Shown here: positions 27,640-37,772 of the stretch, piece after piece
Layout of the letters: the number at the start of each line of letters is the position of its first letter
How positions within the stretch are numbered: the stretch's first letter is position 1
IMG/VR virus record: IMGVR_UViG_3300027863_000020
Span: 1-64,000 of that record
Source of the DNA: a virus
Length of the DNA: 64,000 nucleotides
Strand: one strand, 5' to 3'
Notes under the pieces: generated by a model
What the model was told of the DNA's origin: nothing
Database searches by the model: none
The model's input: only the letters and a program-made list of their open reading frames with translations
Made by a program: the position numbers and the translations under genes

Positions 27640-28115
27640 AAGAATTGTCGATGTTTGCAAAGGTAGTCGATGATGCTACCATCCCCGTTCGTGGTACTCC
27701 CGACAGTGCGGGTGTTGATGTGTTCCTGTACACGGAAAAGTTGTTTGTGGATGGGTTTCTCGAAAGCGGGAACCCGAAGTATATCCGCATGGAAAAGATC
27801 GAACCTAACGAAACCAAGTTGCTTCGTTCTGGAATCCGTCTCAAGGAACCGCTCCCCCGTGGATACTATATCCAAATGAGTCTTCGGTCTTCTTGGAGAA
27901 AGAAGGGCTTGAGCAGTCACGGTGTTGGTATCATTGACGGTGATTACCCCGATGAGATCATGCACCTTGTTCACAACACAACGGACAAGCCTATCTACAT
28001 CCACAATGGCGAACGCCTTTCTCAATTCGTGGTTCATGCCCATCATACCCAAATGCTTGGATGTGAAATCATCAATAAGGAACGCACTGGTGGATTTGGC
28101 TCAACGGGCAAATAG
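27636..28115 (+). CDS. dut: trimeric dUTPase
   Basis: SAGVD, RSS, GIIDGDY, GERLSQ, ERTGGFGSTG. Confidence 0.93.
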   Translation: MKELSMFAKVVDDATIPVRGTPDSAGVDVFLYTEKLFVDGFLESGNPKYIRMEKIEPNETKLLRSGIRLKEPLPRGYYIQMSLRSSWRKKGLSSHGVGIIDGDYPDEIMHLVHNTTDKPIYIHNGERLSQFVVHAHHTQMLGCEIINKERTGGFGSTGK

Positions 28116-28125
28116 GATTCGCCTC

Positions 28126-28350
28126 ATGGTGTGGCTTTCGGTTCCTTTTCGCATTCGGTACTGGATAAGCAACAAGATTGACCACATCCATAAAAAGCTG
28201 AAACGAATACCATGCCGAATAAAAGGACACCGATATGTTTTATGCGGTGATGGGTATGCGTTCAGTATGAGAGCCGATTTCTATTCCTGTTCGTGTTGTG
28301 GTTCGATAATGTGGACAACAAAGCGAAAGAAGAGAAAGAAGAAACAATAA
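28126..28350 (+). CDS. small basic Zn-ribbon-like hypothetical protein
   Basis: CRIKGH...CSCCG; start uncertain. Confidence 0.4.
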   Translation: MVWLSVPFRIRYWISNKIDHIHKKLKRIPCRIKGHRYVLCGDGYAFSMRADFYSCSCCGSIMWTTKRKKRKKKQ

Positions 28351-28364
28351 ATTGAGAGGAAGTC

Positions 28365-28652
28365 ATGGCGGTAAAAGTTGAAGTCGAGTCCAAGGAACTC
28401 CGAAAGGCGTTTCCATCAATCAGGGAGAATTGTTGCTTGTGTGGTCGCCCTACGAGGTTCTGGCATAAGCACAAGACCCGTGATTGTGCATTATGCCCCG
28501 ATTGCGCCTTGACCGCCAAGACTTCGGATATTCCCATCAAAGCCGATTGGTGCAAACAAGAAGAGGCCAAGAAAGAGGCGGGTAAACTCAATGTCCCGCC
28601 TTATCATTTGACAGGGATAATACCCATTGGCGAACCGATAAAGGGGATGTGA
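28365..28652 (+). CDS. Cys-rich hypothetical protein
   Basis: CCLC...CPDC; GAGG RBS. Confidence 0.55.
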   Translation: MAVKVEVESKELRKAFPSIRENCCLCGRPTRFWHKHKTRDCALCPDCALTAKTSDIPIKADWCKQEEAKKEAGKLNVPPYHLTGIIPIGEPIKGM

Positions 28653-28873
28653 TGTCGTTCAAAGATGCCGTCAATCTACCAGAAATCCATGAACTGAAAT
28701 GTCAATTGGTGTCAATCCATGACCGTATTGACGAATATGGTCATTGTTCTGGTTACTCCACCGACTACCCGCCCGTGGAAGAAAAGGCGAAGAAGGCATT
28801 GGCAAAGATACGGGAAGGCTTGGATGAGCTTGACAACCTAACCGATGAAATGGAGAAGTGGTACGGGAACTGA
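28649..28873 (+). CDS. hypothetical protein
   Basis: 74-aa ORF coupled to upstream stop. Confidence 0.5.
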   Translation: MMSFKDAVNLPEIHELKCQLVSIHDRIDEYGHCSGYSTDYPPVEEKAKKALAKIREGLDELDNLTDEMEKWYGN

Positions 28874-28883
28874 TTTCCCGTTG

Positions 28884-28891
28884 CATAAATA
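28884..28891 (+). promoter_or_regulatory. late promoter CATAAATA
   Basis: Motif repeated upstream of structural genes. Confidence 0.7.
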
Positions 28892-28897
28892 TGTTTG

Positions 28898-29290
28898 ATG
28901 AACCATATTTATGCAAAGACCCTTCCGAAGCTACTCAATGGAGCCATTGCGTTCAACAATGGCATTCGTATCGACCTATTGATCCAGAATCAAGTAGGGT
29001 TCGACTATGAGTATTACCATGACATCCCCGCTTCAAACCGTCTTGGATTGCCTGTATCGGTTCCATTGACGGTGAACAATGGGGTGGCTAGTGCCGACCC
29101 CAATCCGAACAACCGAATCGCCTTGTTCGCCACTCCCGAAACGACAGACCTGTATGGTGCGGTGGTGTATCTCCCATCGGGTGAACTTCTCTTCTATATC
29201 GAGTTCGGTGATATTCGCCATTCAAAGGACGGTGCGTTCCGTCTCATGTATCCGTGCGATCTAATCACATTGCGGGTAAGGGAAGTATGA
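28898..29290 (+). CDS. putative virion structural protein
   Basis: Follows late promoter; beta-rich, N-terminus IYAKTLPKLLNGAIAF resembles small phage tail/baseplate proteins. Confidence 0.5.
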   Translation: MNHIYAKTLPKLLNGAIAFNNGIRIDLLIQNQVGFDYEYYHDIPASNRLGLPVSVPLTVNNGVASADPNPNNRIALFATPETTDLYGAVVYLPSGELLFYIEFGDIRHSKDGAFRLMYPCDLITLRVREV

Positions 29291-30309
29291 GTCATTCCCC
29301 CGAATTCATCCAATACGAGGTAGGCTATCATGCCTTCCGCACTGGCATATTCGATTGTCAATCTGGAATCGTGATTGATATTGAATATCCGTTGGATGAT
29401 TTCTTGTATAACATCGACAGCAAGTACCCCGCTTACACGGGTGCTGAATTTGGCGATCTTGCGAAGCACCAGACCAAATACGACAATGAGCGTGAACTGT
29501 ATTCAATGTGGCAAATGGAAGCGTTCAATATGAACGGAATGCCTGCTACATGGCATATCGTGACCTTCGATACTTCGTATGATCCTCTTTTCGGAGAAGA
29601 CAACGACAAGCGGGTGGAACGCTCTTTCCCCGTCCAAATGTATATCCCAGAGACTCCCGACAATAACCGTATCTGGACTATCTTCGGTGCTGAAGGTGTC
29701 AATGATCTGATTTTCTATATCAACAAAGAGCACTTCAAATTTGCTTCTCAATGTGGTATGCCATCGGATTATCCGAATGGTAGTTCCGACAATGCAATGT
29801 ATCCGACCGACTGGACACGAAACCATATCCCTGCTATGGAGCAGAGTGGAACTGGTGTGCGAACTGGTGGCGTTGCCAATACCGAATTCTCCGATGCTTT
29901 TGAATTGGGAACCCCGCTCAAATCTCACATTCCAAAAGTAGGTGATATTTTCGTTCTTGAGTATGACCAGAAATCGGTCTATGAAGTGAAACGGGTTCGT
30001 GAAGAAGAAGAGATGTTCCTTCAGAAGAAACATTGTTGGATCATCGAAACGACAAAGCTCTATGTCAATGAGCACATCAACAAGAATACGACAGGAACAC
30101 AGCCGACCAACTACATTGACCCAGAGCTTGAACGCATAATTGACGAACCCGAATTGTATGACGATAGGAATTTGCCCGAAATTGCGAAGGCAAGTACCGA
30201 AGTCGTACCCGACACATTCCCCGCTACAACGGGCAAGGGCAAGCCAAACCCCTTCTATACCCCAAGGACTTCGGAGAAAGCCCCGAACGATCCATTCGGA
30301 GGATTCTAA
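29287..30309 (+). CDS. gp14: neck protein gp14 paralog (copy A)
   Basis: YDPLFGEDN..R..RSFPV.MY, PKVGD, YEVK.V, C-terminal NDPFGGF. Confidence 0.75.
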   Translation: MSHSPEFIQYEVGYHAFRTGIFDCQSGIVIDIEYPLDDFLYNIDSKYPAYTGAEFGDLAKHQTKYDNERELYSMWQMEAFNMNGMPATWHIVTFDTSYDPLFGEDNDKRVERSFPVQMYIPETPDNNRIWTIFGAEGVNDLIFYINKEHFKFASQCGMPSDYPNGSSDNAMYPTDWTRNHIPAMEQSGTGVRTGGVANTEFSDAFELGTPLKSHIPKVGDIFVLEYDQKSVYEVKRVREEEEMFLQKKHCWIIETTKLYVNEHINKNTTGTQPTNYIDPELERIIDEPELYDDRNLPEIAKASTEVVPDTFPATTGKGKPNPFYTPRTSEKAPNDPFGGF

Positions 30310-31061
30310 TGCTACCCAATGCAAAGAAAGACCTACACACGCTTAAAACCGATTTCGATGAGAATGGAGTCAATCGGATTACTCCGAAACTTCTCCGTGA
30401 TCTTCTGGTGTCGGTGTATTCTTCGAGGAATCCACGGAAGGTCATGGACAGCCAAGACCTTGGGGAGAACGATGATTTGATTCTTGTCGAAATGGGAGAG
30501 AACGGAAACTATATCCGTCTTCCTAGTCGATTCGAGGTTGATACATCGGGGACACCATTCGTCAATCAGCATTACACGATCTGCAATGCGGGTGTTTACC
30601 CATTTTCGGTGATTACCCAATCCAATGATGAATTCCACACACACGAACAATCGGTGCGTATCGGTGTCGGTGAAATCGTTGAAGTGGTCGCAACCCCCGA
30701 CTACTGGTTCCATTGGAGCGGTGGATCGACTGTTCCTAGTGGTGGAATGATCGGATTCCCTGTTCGGATACAAAGCGAAGTCGATGATACAGAAGTCATT
30801 GTTTGCGATTCGATTCCAGTGGAAGATGCCCGTGCGATCAAGTGGACTATTTCGGCACAAGGAGTTTCGGATACAAGGACATCCGAAATTCTGGTCAATG
30901 TGAAGCCCACCCAAATTGATGCGTGTGAGTCCTTTATCCTTGGCGATGATATTGACCTTGAGTTCTCCGTGAACCTTGTTTCTGGCAGTATCAATTTGAC
31001 GGTGAATAACCAATCTGGTGAAACACTAAATATCATTGTACTGCGGGTTATTCACGCATAA
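30309..31061 (+). CDS. virion fibre/collar-associated structural protein
   Basis: In late operon; C-terminal beta domain resembles that of 31071-32597. Confidence 0.55.
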   Translation: MLPNAKKDLHTLKTDFDENGVNRITPKLLRDLLVSVYSSRNPRKVMDSQDLGENDDLILVEMGENGNYIRLPSRFEVDTSGTPFVNQHYTICNAGVYPFSVITQSNDEFHTHEQSVRIGVGEIVEVVATPDYWFHWSGGSTVPSGGMIGFPVRIQSEVDDTEVIVCDSIPVEDARAIKWTISAQGVSDTRTSEILVNVKPTQIDACESFILGDDIDLEFSVNLVSGSINLTVNNQSGETLNIIVLRVIHA

Positions 31062-31070
31062 GGAGTTAAT

Positions 31071-32597
31071 ATGTCACTGTTCAAAACCAAAGACGGATTC
31101 AGTATCAATGGACGGGCAAGCCTTTTACACGGAACCGATGCCCCCAATACGGGTGCGGGTGTCGTAGCCCCTCTTTCTTCACTGTATCTTCGTTCCACTG
31201 GTTCCAGTGCCGAACTTTGGCAGAAGATTGGTGCAAGCGATACGAATTGGGAGCTTGTGGCAAGCGATCTATCGTCCGAAGACCCATTCCAGAATGCCTA
31301 CATGGGCAAGACCAGTGGCTCCGTCCTTCCCCAATACGGAACCCCTAGCGTTGTTGCGAACAACGATACCCTTGTGTCCGCATTGACCAAGATTGACACG
31401 AAGATTGGAGCCAATCCGACCCCCGTGTCCCGCACTACCAGTCCAATCGTTGCAACCGACCCTGTACAGACCAACATCGACAAATTGGACAGTGCCATTG
31501 GATCGGATTTGACGAATACCAATTATGCCAAGAACAACCAGACCGTCAATCAGAACATTTCGGCAATTGACGGACAGGTGAAGACCAATTCCGATGCAAT
31601 CGCATCCATTCAGACTGGACAGAAATGGATTACTCCGATGAAGTTCATCACTTCGGAAAACCTCTCTGGTCGTTCTGGTCTTGCTCAATTCACCGATGAC
31701 CAAGTTCCGTACACCTTCCCCGTGGCGGGTGATCGGGTGGTCTCCACAGCCGACAACAAGCTCTATATCGCAAGTGCGGGTGTTTGGAGTGCGGGTACTG
31801 CATTGACAGCGGGTGATACCTTCTTTGTCGATAATGACCTATTGCAGACTTCAGCGGTCAATGAGAAGGCAAGCGCATACACCTTCAATGGAAGCGCAAT
31901 GATTCGTCAAGCGTCATTCGACTTTGAAGCCGCCGACACAATCAATCTCACGGGCGCATATACCGTATCTTCGGGCGATCCTTCCCCAAGTGATTCCGTC
32001 CAGAAGGCGATTTCCAACATTGACGGCAATGTCGATGCCCTCACATCCACTATGGGCGTTTCCCAAGGCCATACGAACCTTGGAACATGGACTGGCACTG
32101 GTGCTACCCGAATCCTTGCCAATGCCTCTGAAACGGCTAAAACGGCTATCCAGAAGGTCGCCAACGAGATCGGTGGATTGGCGGGTGGTCAAGGTGATTA
32201 TGTTTCCAATCAGGCCGTCAATCCGAACCTCAATGCGATTGACACCATCTTGACCCAAGCCTTGAAGAAGATTGCCGTCTCGAATGTTCCGACCGATACG
32301 GAATATGTGGTCGATACCTTGGACTTGAGTGGGGACATCCGATTCGTGGAATGGGATGTGACCATCATCCAATCCACTACCCCCGCCAACCGATACTCTT
32401 GCAAGATTCGTGGCATGGCTTCCACTGGTGGATCGGATTTCACGGAATATGCGATCTTGACCATCGGAACAACCATCGGCAATGTGGTCTTCTCCGTTGA
32501 TTCGTCCACCCTCAATGCCACTACCCTCAAGGTACAGGCAAGCGTCACGGGTGGATTCAATGTGAAGATCGTTCGCAGAACTGGTCTGGTTGCTTAA
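31071..32597 (+). CDS. fibritin/whisker-like fibre protein
   Basis: Short coiled-coil repeats (ALTKIDTKIG, NIDKLDSAIG, NISAIDGQVK, AISNIDGNVD) in a Ser/Thr/Gly-rich chain. Confidence 0.55.
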   Translation: MSLFKTKDGFSINGRASLLHGTDAPNTGAGVVAPLSSLYLRSTGSSAELWQKIGASDTNWELVASDLSSEDPFQNAYMGKTSGSVLPQYGTPSVVANNDTLVSALTKIDTKIGANPTPVSRTTSPIVATDPVQTNIDKLDSAIGSDLTNTNYAKNNQTVNQNISAIDGQVKTNSDAIASIQTGQKWITPMKFITSENLSGRSGLAQFTDDQVPYTFPVAGDRVVSTADNKLYIASAGVWSAGTALTAGDTFFVDNDLLQTSAVNEKASAYTFNGSAMIRQASFDFEAADTINLTGAYTVSSGDPSPSDSVQKAISNIDGNVDALTSTMGVSQGHTNLGTWTGTGATRILANASETAKTAIQKVANEIGGLAGGQGDYVSNQAVNPNLNAIDTILTQALKKIAVSNVPTDTEYVVDTLDLSGDIRFVEWDVTIIQSTTPANRYSCKIRGMASTGGSDFTEYAILTIGTTIGNVVFSVDSSTLNATTLKVQASVTGGFNVKIVRRTGLVA

Positions 32598-32636
32598 CCA
32601 GACCCCTTTGTGGGACATTGAACCAAAGGGATCAAA

Positions 32637-34475
32637 ATGGATAGAAGCAAAGCATTTCGTACCAAGAACGGTATTTCTCTCAATGATGTATCGTGGCTTG
32701 GCTATACTGGAAACGACATCGAAGCGTCTTTCTCCGATGAAGGCGATCTGGTCGTTCGTACCTATACCGTTGGATCGGATAGCTATTCCGAACTGTTCTT
32801 GAAGAAGGCCAACAAGTATGTGAAGCTAATTGACGCAAAGCACAACCTGAATGCGTCCGTTGCTCCGACCGTATCGAACGACTCTTCCCAAGGATACTCC
32901 GTTGCGTCAATGTGGATCGACACAACGGGGAACAAGGCATACATTTGTGTGGATAATGCCGTTGGCGGTGCTATCTGGATCGAGATGGGTGGTTCTGGTG
33001 GTGGCGGGGGTACAGCGTATCCTTACGCAATCGTTGGGGAACCGTCTGGATTCACCAATCCGAAACTGATTGATGTTTCATACAATCCCACCAACAAGAC
33101 CGTCACATTGACGGGAACCTTCGTGTGCTTGAAGCAGGGCGTACAGATACCCGAACTGGTGAGTGGATACACAAGCCCCGCACACCCAGACCCAACGGGA
33201 ATACCGTACTTCCTTTTCTACGAGGTTGAGACATCTACGATCAAGTGGAGCACTACCCGTTGGAAAGACGAAGATATTTCAATCGCACTCGCCTTCCGTG
33301 ATGGCTTCAATTTCTGTCTTCGTGAAGTGCATAGCTTCATGGATCAGCGTGTTCATGCGTCCCTTCACAAGAACTTCGGAACCTATGTCGATGAAGGACT
33401 GCAATGGGTTCCCAACAGCTATGTGTTGAATAGCAATGTCGCAACCGACCGAAGGCCACAGATAGGCGAAGGTTGGGTAATGGATGAAGACCTACCGACA
33501 TTCATTGCATCCAATCTTGGTTCTGGCTATTACACCCATTTGCGATTGACGGGATCGGGAACCGCAACCGAATACTTGGATCAGGTCGAACAGCTTGCAG
33601 TAAGCGGAAACCAACCATACTACAATCAATTTACGGGTGGTGTCTGGACACAGACCTTGATGAGCAACAATAGCTTCTCCAAGGGATTCGTGATGGCGGT
33701 TCCCGTGACAAGCAACCCCGAATGTCAGAAGAAGCGACTTGTCTGGATTCAACCACAGAACAATAGCTCCGATGAAGTCGCTATCAGAGCACTCACACCG
33801 AATTCGCTCAATCTTGGTAATATCTCTTCGGCACTTCAGGAATTCGTGTTTGTTGGAGAGTACATCGTCCAATATACTGGTGGAAATTGGGTGCTTCGTG
33901 AAGTGAACAATCTTCGTGGAACACGGTATTCGCAGACATCGAACCCCGCCACGGTATCGAACAACAAGGAAGTGACCCGTCAATATCTCAAGAATTTCGC
34001 ATCCGCTACCCAAATGCTAAACTGGTCGGATGCCAACCCACAAATGCCCGATTATGCCAATTACCCGACATGGATAAATGCGGGGTTCCAAGGAAGCATG
34101 ACGAACGCCCGTGGTGCGATTATGATGCCATTCACGGCAAACCGTGTGGCATATTCTGGACGGCTACTACTGTACCGAATCGGTGTCGGGCCTATTGCTT
34201 CGGGAACATCGGTATCGGGAACCATCCATTTGGTGAGAACCAATGCTACGAATGCGTCCGTCATTGCCACGATTCCAGTCACCATGACAACAACGGAAAC
34301 ACTCAACCAGAACCAAGGACAGCAACCCAACAACCCAAGCAACTTCAGTGGTAATGTTGTGTTGGGTGCTTCGTTGCCCGTTGGTGGCTACATTGGGGTA
34401 TCGTTCACATTGGCAAGTACGGATTGGGCGGTCATTGGCGATGTCTCTATTTCACTCAATATCAGGGCTGAATAA
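32637..34475 (+). CDS. tail fibre / receptor-binding-like protein
   Basis: N-terminal FRTKNGISLN shared with previous gene; PTVSNDSSQGYSVASMW...YICVDN..G.AIW module; Gly linker. Confidence 0.6.
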   Translation: MDRSKAFRTKNGISLNDVSWLGYTGNDIEASFSDEGDLVVRTYTVGSDSYSELFLKKANKYVKLIDAKHNLNASVAPTVSNDSSQGYSVASMWIDTTGNKAYICVDNAVGGAIWIEMGGSGGGGGTAYPYAIVGEPSGFTNPKLIDVSYNPTNKTVTLTGTFVCLKQGVQIPELVSGYTSPAHPDPTGIPYFLFYEVETSTIKWSTTRWKDEDISIALAFRDGFNFCLREVHSFMDQRVHASLHKNFGTYVDEGLQWVPNSYVLNSNVATDRRPQIGEGWVMDEDLPTFIASNLGSGYYTHLRLTGSGTATEYLDQVEQLAVSGNQPYYNQFTGGVWTQTLMSNNSFSKGFVMAVPVTSNPECQKKRLVWIQPQNNSSDEVAIRALTPNSLNLGNISSALQEFVFVGEYIVQYTGGNWVLREVNNLRGTRYSQTSNPATVSNNKEVTRQYLKNFASATQMLNWSDANPQMPDYANYPTWINAGFQGSMTNARGAIMMPFTANRVAYSGRLLLYRIGVGPIASGTSVSGTIHLVRTNATNASVIATIPVTMTTTETLNQNQGQQPNNPSNFSGNVVLGASLPVGGYIGVSFTLASTDWAVIGDVSISLNIRAE

Positions 34476-34906
34476 TGATTAAGACGATGCACTTGACCAA
34501 TAGGACGGATGCCGACATAACCTTTGGTACATTCGTCATTCCCGCAACAAAGACCATCACGCTCTATGATATTGGCGACAAGGCCACATATGAGAATGCG
34601 ATGTATATGTGTCGGAATTTCTTTGATGCTATCAAATATGCGGTTGTCGCCAAGCGATTGTCTTTCTTGTTCAATGGCTCGATCCCCTTTACCAAGGAAG
34701 AACATTTCAATTCTCTTTGGGATGAGTTGAAGCCAATGTTTACCAATCACTCCATCGGGTTTTCGAGCGAACACCGCTTCTACTTCGATCTTGGAAGGGA
34801 AGCATTTTGTGTCACCAACCTGATTACTGGAAAGACATATCGAATCAAGATGGAGAAAGAGGGCGAAGGAACGCCTTGGCTCAATCAGGAAGGCGGGGGT
34901 ATTTGA
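34475..34906 (+). CDS. hypothetical protein
   Basis: 143-aa ORF coupled to fibre gene. Confidence 0.55.
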   Translation: MIKTMHLTNRTDADITFGTFVIPATKTITLYDIGDKATYENAMYMCRNFFDAIKYAVVAKRLSFLFNGSIPFTKEEHFNSLWDELKPMFTNHSIGFSSEHRFYFDLGREAFCVTNLITGKTYRIKMEKEGEGTPWLNQEGGGI

Positions 34907-35265
34907 TGAGCGATCAAAAGAAGATAGCCACGGAAGAATATGCGTCATACTTGATGGCGAAGCGTCTTCTCACACCTCCGAAGGAAACGGAAGCGTTCAA
35001 GCGTGGTCTGATTGACGAACAGGGCAATATCCTTCGAGACCCCGAATCAATCGAGGATGAGCTTGCGTTCACCCTTCTCGACAAACTTGCCCTCTATTTG
35101 AGAAAGCAATTGGGAACCCGCATAAATAGATTGAGGGATTTCACAGCGGTCTATATGTTCGAGGATGACAAGTTCTCCGACAAGTTCGTTCTCAAGAGCG
35201 GAATGGAAGATAGGCCACAGGTGCAGAATCTCTCGAAGAAATTGACCGACCGATTGAAGCAATAA
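34906..35265 (+). CDS. conserved T4-like hypothetical protein
   Basis: RLLTPPKETEAFKRGLIDEQGNILR...AFTLLDKL resembles a conserved T4-like phage protein. Confidence 0.6.
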   Translation: MSDQKKIATEEYASYLMAKRLLTPPKETEAFKRGLIDEQGNILRDPESIEDELAFTLLDKLALYLRKQLGTRINRLRDFTAVYMFEDDKFSDKFVLKSGMEDRPQVQNLSKKLTDRLKQ

Positions 35266-35283
35266 TTCACGAAGGATTGATCC

Positions 35284-35937
35284 GTGGCGAATCCCCTAGC
35301 ACAAGACAAGTATCTACAAGACCTAGTGGACTTGGATGATACCATTTCCCTTTTTCCTAGAAAGGTGCGCCTTCCCACAGGTGCGGGTGCGACAGAGGCC
35401 ACCCAAAAGCGTTTCAAGGTGCAGGGGCTTCAGGATTACCTCAAGGTCATTCAGGGATTCCCTAAAGTCAAAATGCCACTGCCGGGTTATTTCTATTCCT
35501 ATGCGTATGCCTTTGCGAAGACGGACACATGGAGCAAATTGAGGCTCTACGATTATCACCCCCTTGCGTTCATCTACTGGATGGAACGGAAGAATGGGAA
35601 CATCTATGCGTGGGGAATCAATTTCCATCGGTTGCCCGTACAGATTCGTCTTCAATTGCTCAATAAGATTTTTTCGATGTCTGGAATCAATCCAACATCG
35701 GTCACGGCAAGAAAGCGTCTTCTTTGGAATTTCCAGAGAATGAAGCCATTGCTGAAGAAACTTTCATTTGCAGTCCGCTTGTACCGTGTAGATCGTATGC
35801 GGAACATTCGGGGAATATCCTTGAGGTATGTGAAGCAACTCATGGTGTTCTATCCAGAGACATTGTACCGTGCTAGGGTTGCCGACCTCTTCAGCGCATA
35901 CAAGACATTCAAACCAACACCGCCAAAGCGCAAGTGA
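35284..35937 (+). CDS. gp2: DNA end protector (T4 gp2-like)
   Basis: PG.FY.Y.Y, YD.HPL, GINFH.LP..IR, VRLY motifs. Confidence 0.8.
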   Translation: MANPLAQDKYLQDLVDLDDTISLFPRKVRLPTGAGATEATQKRFKVQGLQDYLKVIQGFPKVKMPLPGYFYSYAYAFAKTDTWSKLRLYDYHPLAFIYWMERKNGNIYAWGINFHRLPVQIRLQLLNKIFSMSGINPTSVTARKRLLWNFQRMKPLLKKLSFAVRLYRVDRMRNIRGISLRYVKQLMVFYPETLYRARVADLFSAYKTFKPTPPKRK

Positions 35938-35960
35938 TAAATAAGGATGGAGACTAATCT

Positions 35961-37529
35961 ATGAATATCATTTCTCTTGCGAAGATGAACCCGTTTGGAA
36001 AATACTTCCTACCCGATAAAGTACAGGAAAAGGAAATTGAAAAACAGGAAGATAATCGGGCGGCTATATCCGAGATTGACTTGGAGTTCATGGCGACATA
36101 CGGCAACTTCAATGAAGTTGGTGCGATGTCCGAAACCATCAATTTCACGGAAGCATTCCAGAACAAGTTGTCCCGCAAGATCATGTATCGGGAGATGAGT
36201 TTCTATCCAGAAATTTGTGAAGTCCTTGATGCCATTGCCGATGATGCGGTTGCCAAGGATGTGGATGGTAAGGTCGTTCTTCCCATGATTGACAAGGCCG
36301 TTCCAGAGAATATCCGCAAGGCGATGGAAGACAACTTCGATTACCTATGCTACCACATTCTGAAAGTCCAACACACTGGTTGGGAAATGTTCCGTAAGTG
36401 GCTCATTGAGGGCGAACAGTTTGTGGAGTGGATTCAGGATGGCAAGGGCGAAGACATCGTTGGCTACCAGATTCTCCCATCCGCAATCACCTTCCCCGTT
36501 TATGAGAATGCCCGAATCCTGAAATTCCTTCAGGCCAACTACGACATGAACATCAATCGTGCGTCCGATGGCAACGGGTATAGCTCGAAGGTCGTTGGAG
36601 ACCTTGGAAACAAGTCATTCGAGGTCAATCAGATTGCATACGCCAATTATGGTGTATTCGGTCGAAATGCCATTGATGTCCTTGGCTATTTGGAAACCGC
36701 CATTCGTTCGTACAATCAGCTTCGTGGCCTTGAGGATGCCCTTGTGGTCTATCGCATGGCAAGAGCACCCGCAAGACGCTTGTGGAACATCGAAGTCGGT
36801 AAGATGAGTTCTAACCGTGTTGGCGAATACATGAACCGTGTGATGCAGAAGTATCGCAGACGGTCGGTGTATAACCCCGCCACGGGCGAAATTGACTCCG
36901 TTCGCAATGTTCAATCGGTGGTCGATGACATTTGGTTCCCCAAACGCCACGGTGAAGGTTCATCGGTCGAAGAGTTTGGCGGGTCAATGGAAATCGGAAC
37001 AATGGATGATGTCAAGTATTTCTTGCAGAAGCTCTACAAGTCCATGCGGTATCCAAAAACCCGTTGGAACACGGAACAGTTCGATCCATTCTCATTGAGC
37101 AAACCCGGTGAAGTCCCCCGTGATGAAATCAAGTGGTCTCGCTTCATCAATCGTGCTAGGGCGAAGTGGGGTAATGGAATCATCCTTCATGGATGGATGC
37201 AACTCAATCGCATGAACATCACGGATGCGAAGATTTCCGATTGGAACTCTACCCAATACCTTGGCATCAATTTCGTTGAAGACAATGTGTTCGAGGTGCA
37301 GAAGCGCAACGAGCTATTGGAACAGCGTTTCACCATGCTAGGCAATGCCGCAAACTATATGGCTTCTCCCGAAAATCCGAATGGCCTGTTTGCTCCCGAA
37401 TACATCTTGAGGGAAGTGTTCCGCATGACCGATGATGAATACAAGCTCAACGAGAAATATAAGAGTTCGCAGAAGGCCAATGAACCGCCTCCCGATGAAG
37501 GCGATATGGGCGATGACCTTGGAGAATAA
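35961..37529 (+). CDS. gp20: portal vertex protein
   Basis: YREMS.YPE, WLIEG, NQLRGLEDALVVYRMARAPARR, D.WFP.R.G.GS, DDVKYFLQKLYKS. Confidence 0.95.
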   Translation: MNIISLAKMNPFGKYFLPDKVQEKEIEKQEDNRAAISEIDLEFMATYGNFNEVGAMSETINFTEAFQNKLSRKIMYREMSFYPEICEVLDAIADDAVAKDVDGKVVLPMIDKAVPENIRKAMEDNFDYLCYHILKVQHTGWEMFRKWLIEGEQFVEWIQDGKGEDIVGYQILPSAITFPVYENARILKFLQANYDMNINRASDGNGYSSKVVGDLGNKSFEVNQIAYANYGVFGRNAIDVLGYLETAIRSYNQLRGLEDALVVYRMARAPARRLWNIEVGKMSSNRVGEYMNRVMQKYRRRSVYNPATGEIDSVRNVQSVVDDIWFPKRHGEGSSVEEFGGSMEIGTMDDVKYFLQKLYKSMRYPKTRWNTEQFDPFSLSKPGEVPRDEIKWSRFINRARAKWGNGIILHGWMQLNRMNITDAKISDWNSTQYLGINFVEDNVFEVQKRNELLEQRFTMLGNAANYMASPENPNGLFAPEYILREVFRMTDDEYKLNEKYKSSQKANEPPPDEGDMGDDLGE

Positions 37530-37573
37530 TTCACATTCAATCGACAGAGTGTGAATACATTGAAATGAACTTG

Positions 37574-37581
37574 CATAAATA
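37574..37581 (+). promoter_or_regulatory. late promoter CATAAATA
   Basis: TTGCATAAATAG upstream of prohead genes. Confidence 0.75.
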
Positions 37582-37592
37582 GAGGTATAGAG

Positions 37593-37772
37593 ATGAGCAC
37601 AGTTGCAATCCCATCCGATGTCCTAGCCCGTTTGCCAAGGACATCCCTAGTTCGGAGACTCTACGAGGGTGATCCCAAATTGAGTACCGACCTGAATGCG
37701 GTTGTTCGTTCCAAAGTAGTGGGGCGCATGGATGAGGTCAAGAAGAGGCTTATCGCTGAAAAGAGGTTATGA
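37593..37772 (+). CDS. small prohead core protein (gp67-like), 59 aa, not in ORF track
   Basis: MSTVAIPSDVL...VVRSKVVGRMDEVKKRLIAEKRL between portal and protease, GAGG RBS. Confidence 0.55.
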   Translation: MSTVAIPSDVLARLPRTSLVRRLYEGDPKLSTDLNAVVRSKVVGRMDEVKKRLIAEKRL

